Assembly: GCA_030754595.1 (NCBI GenBank)
Contig: JASLZZ010000096.1
Span: forward strand, 1 to 59,663
Source of the DNA: Nitrospinota bacterium
GTDB taxonomy: Bacteria; UBA8248
DNA length: 59,663 nucleotides
Direction: 5' to 3'
Shown here: one piece after another, positions 12,357-20,325 of the stretch
Layout of the letters: each line of letters opens with the position of its first letter
Numbering within the stretch: position 1 is the stretch's first letter
The notes under the pieces: model-generated
The model's input: only the letters and a program-made list of their open reading frames with translations
What the model was told of the DNA's origin: nothing
Databases searched by the model: none
Made by a program: the position numbers and the translations under genes

Positions 12357-12671
12357 TTACCGCCAAAAATCCTCCCGGTCCTCGGGCCGCACTTCATGTT
12401 TTTCCTGGATTCGTTTTTCGAATTCGGCTGTTACTTCCTCCTTCCGCGACTTTTGCTGAGCCATCAACTCGTTGAATCCGGGGGTCTTCTTTTTGGCGGC
12501 TTCGGCGAACGGGTCCTTCACATGATGCCGCGCAATGGAAATGAGATCTCCCCTGATTTCGATTTTGAGTTGATTTCCCGGAACCATACCGAGTGCTTTC
12601 ATCACTTCCTTCGGCAAGCGTATCCGTCCTCCGTCTCCAATCTCTTGAATGTAAATGTTTTTGTCTTCCAT
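12357..12671 (-). CDS. AbrB/MazE/SpoVT-family DNA-binding protein
   Basis: GRIRLPKEVMKALGMVPGNQL swapped-hairpin motif followed by a charged helical tail. Confidence 0.75.
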   Translation of the reverse strand: MEDKNIYIQEIGDGGRIRLPKEVMKALGMVPGNQLKIEIRGDLISIARHHVKDPFAEAAKKKTPGFNELMAQQKSRKEEVTAEFEKRIQEKHEVRPEDREDFWR

Positions 12672-12693
12672 GTCGGCATTCTCCCGTGCTTTG

Positions 12694-13098
12694 TTATTCT
12701 CCGGCCAGGCCGTAAGCCCCTTTTTCGCGTAGCGTTACGTTGGGGCCGGGCGGGGAGTAGATGACAACGTACTTTAACGGTTTGTCGCCCGTGCTGCTCA
12801 CTTCGTGCACCATTCCCGGAGGAACGAACACGGCGTCTCCCTCGGTGACCTCGAGGCGCTCATCTTCGATTCGAATGATACCTGTTCCGCTGAGTATGTA
12901 GAATCCGTGTTCCTCGTTGTCGTGCTTGTGGGCCTTGGAGGTTAGTCCCGGATCGAATTCGTTGACAAGCAGCGCGAATTTCTTGGCGCCAACGCTCTCT
13001 TCGTCGAGAAGAATGCGAAAAACACTTCTGCCGCCGGGGACCGGCAAATCACCGGTTGCGGCGTCCTCACGGCGGATTCTGTATGTTTTTTGGGTCAT
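12694..13098 (-). CDS. Cupin domain protein
   Basis: HKH...EH and GDAVFVPPGMVH cupin metal motifs. Confidence 0.85.
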   Translation of the reverse strand: MTQKTYRIRREDAATGDLPVPGGRSVFRILLDEESVGAKKFALLVNEFDPGLTSKAHKHDNEEHGFYILSGTGIIRIEDERLEVTEGDAVFVPPGMVHEVSSTGDKPLKYVVIYSPPGPNVTLREKGAYGLAGE

Positions 13099-13922
13099 GC
13101 GCGTCTCTCCGAAAACTGGCGGTACATGTGGTTGAGGGAGCCGTGTCCGCTTCCCAACTCAAGGGCGTGTTCGATGGCTCCCTGAATGTATTCTTTCGCG
13201 GCAGTCAGGGCGTCCCGGACCGGCTCTCCCTTTGCGAGTCCGGCGGCGATGGCGGATGAAAGGGTGCAACCCGTCCCGTGCGAGTGGGGCGTATCCACGT
13301 AACGGCCTTCAAGAATGAATATGTCATTCCCATCGTAGAATACATCGGTCGCGCCCCTGGTGATATGGCCGCCTTTCAGGAGAACGGATTTGGCGCCGAG
13401 GCTGTGAAGACGTTTGGCGGCATCTTTCATTTCGCCTAGATTCTCGATTCGTTCGATGCCGAGGATGTCCCTTGCCTCCTCGGTGTTGGGCGTGATGATC
13501 TCCGAGAGGGGGAAAAGACGATTGACGAGGGTTTCAACCGCATTTTCGGCCAGCAGGCGGTCCCCGCTTGTTGCCACCATTACGGGGTCGAGGACAAGGA
13601 GATTGATGCCATATTCGGCAATTTTTCTGGAAACGACCTCTATTACCCTAGAATCAGTCACCATCCCCACCTTGGCCGCTGCGACCGGGAGATCCGAGCA
13701 AATCGAATCAAATTGCTTAGCGATGAAGTCGGCCGGAACAGGGTGCACCCCTTGAACGCCAACGGAATTCTGAGAGGTGAGGGCGGTGATGACGGTGGTC
13801 CCGAATACACCGAACGCGGAGAAGGTCTTGAGATCAGCCTGAATACCTGCTCCGCCTCCGGAGTCCGAGCCGGCGATGGTGAGTGCGACGGGAAGCTCTT
13901 TCGAATGGTTTGTGGGGGCCAT
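13095..13922 (-). CDS. thiD: Hydroxymethylpyrimidine/phosphomethylpyrimidine kinase
   Basis: TIAGSDSGGGAGIQADLKT, DPVMVATSG, HGTGCTLSSA. Confidence 0.95.
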   Translation of the reverse strand: MAPTNHSKELPVALTIAGSDSGGGAGIQADLKTFSAFGVFGTTVITALTSQNSVGVQGVHPVPADFIAKQFDSICSDLPVAAAKVGMVTDSRVIEVVSRKIAEYGINLLVLDPVMVATSGDRLLAENAVETLVNRLFPLSEIITPNTEEARDILGIERIENLGEMKDAAKRLHSLGAKSVLLKGGHITRGATDVFYDGNDIFILEGRYVDTPHSHGTGCTLSSAIAAGLAKGEPVRDALTAAKEYIQGAIEHALELGSGHGSLNHMYRQFSERRA

Positions 13923-14111
13923 CGAACATCCCCTTAAAAGTAATTATATGACATAAAATCAAAAGGTTATAGAAGCTAACTTTGGCGTTTGAAAGAGTGC
14001 TCAAAAGCCTTAAGTTGATTTTGAATTTAACACCTTTGATTGGGAGAAACTATCCATTAGGGATTGGAGGGATAGGCAAAATAAGGTGAGTGATTTCATG
14101 CATTTGGAATT

Positions 14112-14144
14112 AATCTTGACAAAATAAATCGGGAATTATAGGGT
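14112..14144 (+). promoter_or_regulatory. sigma70 promoter (TTGACA 14116-14121, 17 bp, TAGGGT 14139-14144) overlapped by an IscR/Rrf2-type imperfect palindrome (14112-14136)
   Basis: AATCTTGAC-AAAATAA-ATCGGGAAT resembles the IscR type-1 consensus ATASYYGAC-TRWWWYA-GTCRRSTAT; an Rrf2 gene closes the downstream operon. Confidence 0.65.
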
Positions 14145-14208
14145 CACACCCTGAAGTTGCGGGTTCACCTGCATGGGGTCGTCCCTGAAGTTGCGGGTTC
14201 GCCTTCAT
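14141..14208 (+). repeat. Two imperfect 34-nt tandem repeats with an identical 18-nt core CCCTGAAGTTGCGGGTTC
   Basis: Core at 14149-14166 and 14183-14200; period 34. Confidence 0.9.
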
Positions 14209-14221
14209 AAGTGAGGGTTTT

Positions 14222-15181
14222 ATGGCTCTGGGGACGCGAGGAAGACCATCTCAGGTGCTGCGAGCGCTTCCGAATGTGCTCGAAAACATCGGAGGCACCC
14301 CCTTGGTCCGCCTGTGCAACCTGCCGGACCCTCATGGGGCCCGGATTTATGCCAAAATCGAGGCGATGAACCCCGGCGGGAGCGTGAAGGATCGCATCGC
14401 CCTCAGCATGGTACTCGACGCTGAGCATCGCGGCCTCCTCAAGCCGGGCTGCACCATTGTCGAGCCCACCAGCGGAAATACCGGCATCGGCCTCGCCATG
14501 GTGGGCGCGGTTCGCGGCTACAAGGTGAAAATTGTCCTATGCGAGAGCATGAGCCATGAGCGTCATGCCCTGCTCACCTCCTACGGCGCCGAGGTTGTAT
14601 TGACCGACTGCGACCAGGGGATGTATGGGTCGGTCCTCAAGGCCGAGGAAATAGTGGCCGAAAACATGGATTATTATATGCCCCAGCAGTTCAAGAACCC
14701 CGCCAATCCGGAGATTCACCGCCGGACGACGGCGCGGGAGATTGTCCGCGACATGGGCGCTCATGCGGTGGACGCTTTTGTCGCCGGGGTGGGCACGGGT
14801 GGGACCATCACCGGGGCGGGCGAGGTGCTCAAGGCCAAGAGTGGTGAGACGATCGTTGTGGGCGTTGAGCCGTCCGCGTCGCCGGTCTTGACCGGCGGGA
14901 AACCGGGTCCGCACCAGATTCAGGGAATCGGAGCCGGATTTATCCCCAATGTTTTGAACCGCGAGATCATTGACCGCATCGAGAAGGTTTCCGATCAGGA
15001 TGCGTATGACATGGCCAAGGCCTTGAGCCGGGAGGAGGGAATCGCCGCCGGGATATCGAGCGGCGCCTCCGTGTGCGCGGCTCTTCGGATTGCCGGGGAA
15101 ATGTCCCCGGACGAAAATGTCGTTGTCGTCCTGCCGGACGGCGCGGAGAGATATTTTAGTTTGGAGCAGTATTTTCGATAA
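14222..15181 (+). CDS. cysK: Cysteine synthase A (O-acetylserine sulfhydrylase)
   Basis: NPGGSVKDR (PLP Lys), EPTSGNTG, GVGTGGT, PHQIQGIGAG. Confidence 0.92.
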   Translation: MALGTRGRPSQVLRALPNVLENIGGTPLVRLCNLPDPHGARIYAKIEAMNPGGSVKDRIALSMVLDAEHRGLLKPGCTIVEPTSGNTGIGLAMVGAVRGYKVKIVLCESMSHERHALLTSYGAEVVLTDCDQGMYGSVLKAEEIVAENMDYYMPQQFKNPANPEIHRRTTAREIVRDMGAHAVDAFVAGVGTGGTITGAGEVLKAKSGETIVVGVEPSASPVLTGGKPGPHQIQGIGAGFIPNVLNREIIDRIEKVSDQDAYDMAKALSREEGIAAGISSGASVCAALRIAGEMSPDENVVVVLPDGAERYFSLEQYFR

Positions 15182-15209
15182 TATTCCACTAATCAGTATG
15201 GAGAGCGAG

Positions 15210-15488
15210 ATGTCAGTGACGGTTCGAATCCCCACACCGCTTCAGGAGTTCACGCAGAACAAGGACGCGGTGGATATCGACGGAAGCACGGTCAAGGAAG
15301 TATTGGGAAATCTTGACGCCCAGTTCGCCGGAATGCGCCAACGGCTGTACGGCGATGACGGCAAGTTGCGCCGGTTCGTTAATATTTATGTCAACCAGGA
15401 AGACATTCGCTTTCTTAAGGGAGAGGACACCGAAGTGAGCGAAGGAGATGAGCTTTCCATCGTTCCCGCGATTGCCGGAGGAAGGTAG
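15210..15488 (+). CDS. MoaD/ThiS/CysO-family ubiquitin-like sulfur carrier, C-terminus ...PAIAGG-R
   Basis: MSVTVRIPTPL, LRRFVNIYVNQEDIRF, ELSIVPAIAGGR; start at ATG 15210, 92 aa. Confidence 0.9.
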   Translation: MSVTVRIPTPLQEFTQNKDAVDIDGSTVKEVLGNLDAQFAGMRQRLYGDDGKLRRFVNIYVNQEDIRFLKGEDTEVSEGDELSIVPAIAGGR

Positions 15489-15494
15489 GAAATT

Positions 15495-16160
15495 TTGACT
15501 CTCGCCGAAAAGCAGGTACAGCGCTACAGCCATCATATCCTACTGCCCCAGGTGGGTGGAAAGGGACAGGAGCGGTTGCTTGCCTCGGCGGTCGCTGTTG
15601 CATTCGGCCCGGGCGGCGCGGGCGCTGCATCGGTGGCGGTGACTTACTTGGCGGCGGCCGGGGTGGGACGAATCGGCTGGTTGTCACTGACGGGCCCGGA
15701 AATGGCTGAATCGGGCTCTCTCGCCGAATTGATAGCGCTATACGCTCCCGGTGGTCCGGGAGAGTCCATTTCCGCGCTGAACCCGGACGCCCGCCTCAAG
15801 GTCATCGAGGGGGGCAAAGAGGAGATGGATGAATATGAGCTCCTCGTCTTGTCGGGTGATATTCGCCCTCTGGCCGTGGTTGCGGCCCGGTTCGAGGCGG
15901 CCGGAAAACCTGTGATCAAGGGGAGCCGAAATGGGTGGACCGGCGAGGTGGCAATGGGCCGGGGTGATTTGAGTAGAGATAGGTTGAAGCCGGACGAGGA
16001 CGAGGAACCGGCTCCGGCCGCTCCTACTGAGGGAGTGCTTGGCTCGGTGATGGCTTCTGCGGCGCTATGCGCTCTTTTGAAAGGAAATAAACCGGTGGGG
16101 TCGACCGTGCAGGCCCGATTTGATCTGTCGCATGGCCTCTTCGAGGAGGCGGTGCGATGA
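15495..16160 (+). CDS. Degenerate MoeB/ThiF-fold protein (pseudo-E1)
   Basis: Keeps RYSHHILLPQVGGKGQERLL, YLAAAGVGRI, LNPD and the GVLGSVMA helix; lacks DxDxV..SNLxRQ and both CxxC pairs; TTG start. Confidence 0.75.
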   Translation: MTLAEKQVQRYSHHILLPQVGGKGQERLLASAVAVAFGPGGAGAASVAVTYLAAAGVGRIGWLSLTGPEMAESGSLAELIALYAPGGPGESISALNPDARLKVIEGGKEEMDEYELLVLSGDIRPLAVVAARFEAAGKPVIKGSRNGWTGEVAMGRGDLSRDRLKPDEDEEPAPAAPTEGVLGSVMASAALCALLKGNKPVGSTVQARFDLSHGLFEEAVR

Positions 16161-16202
16161 AATGGGTCCTGATTACATCGGTAGGCAGGGATAAGGGAAA
16201 TT

Positions 16203-17171
16203 GTGCATCCCACGGGACCCGGTTCAGAGGAACATGGGCTAATTATGGTGGAGATGACTGCGCACGGTATACGGAAAATTGAGGAGTCGCCAATACTGCG
16301 GCAGATAGGGAATACACCGCTCCTGCCGATCAAGTTTCTTGAAAAGGATTTCCCGGAAGTCGAGGTTTACGCCAAGGCGGAGTGGTTCAATCCCGGCGGC
16401 TCCGTGAAGGATCGTCCCGCTCTTTCCATGGTGAGGGACGGGATCGAACGCGGCCTCCTCGGGCCGGGCATCACACTGATCGATTCTACAAGCGGAAACA
16501 CCGGAATCGCATACGCCATGATTGGGGCCGCGCTAGGGATTCCTGTCAAATTGGTCTTGCCCGAAAACGCGAGCGAGGAGCGCAAGGCCACGCTCCGGGC
16601 CTACGGCACCGATATCGTCTACTCGGACGCGCTCGAGGGCTCGGACGGGGCGCAAAGGCTGGCCGCCAAAATCTACGAGAAAGACCCTGAGGCGTATTTT
16701 CTGCCGTGCCAGTATGACAATCCCGCCAACCCGAGAGCGCACGAGGAGACAACGGCGCCCGAAATTCTGGAGCAGACTGATGGCCGCGTTGAGCATTTCG
16801 TCAGCTGCATGGGAACGACGGGAACGCTCGTCGGAACGGGCCGGGGCCTCAAAAAAAGAAAGCCCGGCGTGAAAGTGCATGCCGTGATGCCGTCGGACTC
16901 ATTTCACGGCCTCGAGGGAATGAAGCATATTCCCACGTCGATCCGGCCGAGGATATATGATGAATCCGTTCACGACGAACTTATCCCCGCCTCGACCGAG
17001 GAGAGTTGGGACCTTTCCGAGCAGTTGACGCGGGAGGAGGGTGTTTTCGTGGGCCACTCGGGCGGGGCTGCTCTCGTAGGTGTGAGCGAGGTGGCCCGCA
17101 AGGTGGGCCGTGGCGTGATTGTGACGATTTTTCCGGACGGGGGCGAACGGTATCTCAGTGAAATGAGATAA
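16203..17171 (+). CDS. cysM: Cysteine synthase B / CysM-type PLP sulfhydrylase
   Basis: NPGGSVKDR, STSGNTG, QYDNPAN, GTTGT, LEGMKH; adjacent to a carrier and a JAMM gene as in the mycobacterial mec-cysO-cysM locus; exact start uncertain. Confidence 0.8.
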   Translation: MHPTGPGSEEHGLIMVEMTAHGIRKIEESPILRQIGNTPLLPIKFLEKDFPEVEVYAKAEWFNPGGSVKDRPALSMVRDGIERGLLGPGITLIDSTSGNTGIAYAMIGAALGIPVKLVLPENASEERKATLRAYGTDIVYSDALEGSDGAQRLAAKIYEKDPEAYFLPCQYDNPANPRAHEETTAPEILEQTDGRVEHFVSCMGTTGTLVGTGRGLKKRKPGVKVHAVMPSDSFHGLEGMKHIPTSIRPRIYDESVHDELIPASTEESWDLSEQLTREEGVFVGHSGGAALVGVSEVARKVGRGVIVTIFPDGGERYLSEMR

Positions 17172-17178
17172 GCGGGGG

Positions 17179-17691
17179 GTGGAATTGCGGCTGACCCGGG
17201 AGCAAATCGATGTGATGAGCAGGCACGCCGAGGACGCCTATCCCGAGGAGTGTTGTGGTTTGATACTCGGCCCGCCCGCCGGCCCGCCCTCAAATGAGGC
17301 CGCCCGAAACGGGCGCGAGGAGGTGCGCCTGTTTCCGGTTCGAAATGTCCAGAACGAATATCACGAGCGTGACCCCGAGACCTATACGCGGACGGCCCGC
17401 CGCGCCTACCTGATCGATCCATTCGAGTTTGAACGCATTCTTGGGGAGGCGAAGGAGAGCGGCGAGGTGCTCCGCGGAATTTTTCACAGCCACCCGGATG
17501 AGGACGCCTATTTTTCTCAGGAGGACAAGGACGTGGCGGTGCCCTTCGGCGACATCCCCTCGTTTCCGGATGCCGAGCACGTAGTCATGAGCGTGCGAGA
17601 GCGTCGGGTCAGGGATTTTAAGGTGTTTCGCTGGTCTACGGAGGAGAAGGATTTCGCCGGTGGTGAACTCGCCGTGGATGGAGAGATTTGA
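17179..17691 (+). CDS. Mov34/MPN/JAMM metalloprotease (Mec-like)
   Basis: YPEECCG and HSHPDEDAYFSQED match the E..HxHx7SxxD JAMM motif. Confidence 0.9.
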   Translation: MELRLTREQIDVMSRHAEDAYPEECCGLILGPPAGPPSNEAARNGREEVRLFPVRNVQNEYHERDPETYTRTARRAYLIDPFEFERILGEAKESGEVLRGIFHSHPDEDAYFSQEDKDVAVPFGDIPSFPDAEHVVMSVRERRVRDFKVFRWSTEEKDFAGGELAVDGEI

Positions 17692-18467
17692 TGAGTTCCC
17701 CTGGCCGTCTCGCCGAGGCCTCGGTGCTTGTCCTGGGGGCGGGAGGGCTTGGATCCCCGGCCGCCCTGGCGCTGGCCGCCTCTGGAGTTGGCCGGATTGG
17801 GCTCGTAGATGACGATGTGGTGGATCTTTCGAATCTCGCCCGGCAGATACTTCACCGCTCGGAGGATGTCGGCCGCGCTAAGGTGGTGTCAGGGGCAGAG
17901 CGCCTTTCCCGCCTGGCACCCGGTCTGAGGGTGGAGACTTTTCCTGTCCGCATGACCGCCGGGAACGCCGCTGAATTGCTGTCGGGTTTTGACGTCGTTG
18001 TGGATGGCAGCGACACTATTTCAGCCAAGTTGATGCTCAACGATGCCTGCGTTCAGGATGGGCGTCCCCTCGTGGCAGGCGGGATTCTTCGGTTCTTCGG
18101 TCAAATTTTGACGGTCCTACCGGGAGAGACGGCCTGCTATCGGTGTGTTTTCGGGCGCATCGCTCCGGGCGGCGAAGGTCCTTCCTGCGGGGAGGCAGGG
18201 GTGTTCGGCGCCGTCGCGGGGGTAATCGGTATGGCGCAGGCGGCGGAGGCCGTCCGCCTTCTCTTGGGGCTTCGGCCGGCCTGGGCGGGAAAACTGCTGA
18301 CGGTCGATTTGTGGGACGGAAAATTCGGCGGAATTCGGGTTCAAAAGGACTCTTCGTGTCCCGCGTGCTCGGAAGCGGCTTTGGACTCCTGCGGGGATGA
18401 AGAAATACGCTCCGCGAAAAATACTGAAGCTTTCGGGAAGGAAGCCGTAATCAACGGTTTGAACTGA
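17691..18467 (+). CDS. MoeB/ThiF/HesA-family E1-like adenylyltransferase lacking the N-terminal helix
   Basis: GAGGLG, DDDVVDLSNLARQ, DGSD, CYRC, PSC, CPAC; in-frame TGA at 17664-17666 prevents N-terminal extension; TGATG coupling to the JAMM gene. Confidence 0.9.
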   Translation: MSSPGRLAEASVLVLGAGGLGSPAALALAASGVGRIGLVDDDVVDLSNLARQILHRSEDVGRAKVVSGAERLSRLAPGLRVETFPVRMTAGNAAELLSGFDVVVDGSDTISAKLMLNDACVQDGRPLVAGGILRFFGQILTVLPGETACYRCVFGRIAPGGEGPSCGEAGVFGAVAGVIGMAQAAEAVRLLLGLRPAWAGKLLTVDLWDGKFGGIRVQKDSSCPACSEAALDSCGDEEIRSAKNTEAFGKEAVINGLN

Positions 18468-18508
18468 CGGCCTCGGCGGATTGGGTCAAACGCTGAAGGG
18501 GGGAAGCG

Positions 18509-18964
18509 ATGAAAATATCCACCAAGGGCAGATATGCCGTTATCGCCATGATCGATCTGGCGCGGCATTCCCAGACGCATCCGATTCCTTTACCGCAAAT
18601 CGCGAGCCGGCAGAATGTCAGCCAACACTATCTCGAACAGCTTTTCGTCAAAATGCGGCGGGCCGAACTGGTGAAGAGCACCCGTGGGCCGGGGGGGGGC
18701 TACGTCCTGGCGCTTCCCCCCGTTCAAATTACGATGAAGGATGTTCTCAATGCCGTTGACGAGGAGATCGTGCCTGTGGACTGCGACAGCGATGGTGACT
18801 CCCATCCACCCAACCCGGCCGTAAGCGGCAGCCGCCAGCTTTGGATGAAGCTTGAAAAAGTCATCGAACGGACCCTGACGGAGACCACTCTGGAGGAATT
18901 GATCTCCGGTTTGGGGGATGAAGGTGGCGAAGTCAAGATACCTGACTTCCAGGTCAGCATTTAA
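18509..18964 (+). CDS. Rrf2-family transcriptional regulator (CymR-like; single Cys; C-terminal Ile)
   Basis: MKISTKGRYA, YLEQLF, STRGPGGGY; ends PDFQVSI. Confidence 0.9.
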   Translation: MKISTKGRYAVIAMIDLARHSQTHPIPLPQIASRQNVSQHYLEQLFVKMRRAELVKSTRGPGGGYVLALPPVQITMKDVLNAVDEEIVPVDCDSDGDSHPPNPAVSGSRQLWMKLEKVIERTLTETTLEELISGLGDEGGEVKIPDFQVSI

Positions 18965-18995
18965 GGGTCAACGCCCGGAAGCGCCGCTCGCCGGA

Positions 18996-20140
18996 GTGGC
19001 TGGGCGGCATCGTTGGGGGGCGCGTTTTTTGCGCCGCTTCTCCTTCTACCTATTGTTATTATTTGTTGGCGCTCTCGCCTCTTGCGCGGCCACCGCGGTG
19101 GGCCAGGGAATTCGCCTGGACTGAATTCAACTTCCTCCCGGATTTCAAATCTCCGTTTTGCCCGAAATGTTCCGGGAGCCCGGCCGATGGCACTGTCGCC
19201 GGCGGGCACTTTGTTTGTCGGGATCCGCAGGTCCGGCAGGGTTTATGTCATTCGCGATAAAGATCGGGACGGCAAGGCGGATGAGGTTTCCGTTATCGCG
19301 GAGGGCATGAATTCTCCAAACGGCGTTCCCTTCCGGAATGGTTCGCTTTATGTGGCCGAGATTAACCGCGTTCTGCGCTACGATAATATCGAGAATCGCC
19401 TCGGCAAACCGCCGGCGCCCGTTATCGTGAACGACAAGCTTCCCCGTGACTTGCACCATGGGTGGAAATTCATACGCTTCGGTCCCGATGGCCGGCTCTA
19501 CGTTCCCGTGGGCGCCCCGTGCAATATCTGCGAGCCGGGCGAGCCCTACGCCTCGATACTCCGTTTTCCGGAGACGGGAGACTCTTGGGAGGTGTTCGCG
19601 CGCGGCGTTCGAAACTCGGTGGGCTTTGATTGGCATCCCGAGACAAAGGAGCTTTGGTTCACCGATAATGGCCGCGATCAATTGGGCGATGACTTGCCCC
19701 CCGATGAGCTGAACCATGCTCACCGGAAGGGAATGCATTTCGGCTATCCCTATTGCCACGGGAAATCGATACTCGACCCCGAGTTCGGAAGAAACAAAAA
19801 TTGCCGATCATTCACCCCGCCCGCGGTGGAGTTGGGTCCCCACGTGGCTTCTCTCGGGATGCGGTTCTACGCCGGGAAAATGTTTCCGCCAAAGTACCGA
19901 GGCCGGATTTTCATCGCGGAGCACGGCTCTTGGAACCGGAGCGTGCCCTACGGTTACCGGGTGCGCGTGGTCCGCGTTGAAAAGGGAAGACTCGCCCGCT
20001 ACGAAGATTTCGCAGCGGGTTGGCTAAGGGGCGGAGTCGCCTGGGGCCGGCCGGTGGATATTCAGGTGATGCCTGACGGGGCCATTCTCGTATCAGACGA
20101 TTACGTGGGAGCGATATACCGGATTTCTTATCGGAAATAG
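18996..20140 (+). pseudogene. PQQ-dependent sugar (glucose/sorbosone) dehydrogenase family, disrupted
   Basis: Signal-peptide frame ...GQGIRLD*IQLPPGFQISV has TGA at 19122-19124, then a 1-nt deletion at the T4 run 19156-19159 shifts to FARNVPGAR; downstream HHGWK, RNSVG and HGSWNRS motifs; start uncertain. Confidence 0.8.
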
Positions 20141-20325
20141 CGTGGTTTCGTTATTGGTATTTCTGAATTTCCTTGTCGGTCCGGGGGCTATGGGGTAGGG
20201 TGAAATTCGTGTAGGGGACTAGTTTCGAATCGTTTGTGATGCTCAGCCCTTGTTTGATTCGCACCCTTGAATGTTGAAGCCTGTGGATGAAAGGCCCGGG
20301 TCCATGATCCCGCCCGAAGTGACCA

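Noticed and set aside
12357..12671. Toxin-antitoxin module
   Set aside because: No PIN or MazF toxin gene is adjacent; the downstream neighbour is the convergent ppiD
14141..14208. Possible mini-CRISPR
   Set aside because: Only two units, period 34 nt with no unique spacer-length sequence, and no cas genes in the window
13923..14221. TPP riboswitch upstream of thiD
   Set aside because: No CTGAGA or other conserved TPP aptamer elements on the minus strand
19122..19124. Selenocysteine or stop-codon recoding
   Set aside because: The position is not a Cys site, a frameshift follows within 35 nt, and all three stop types occur as lesions and as normal terminators
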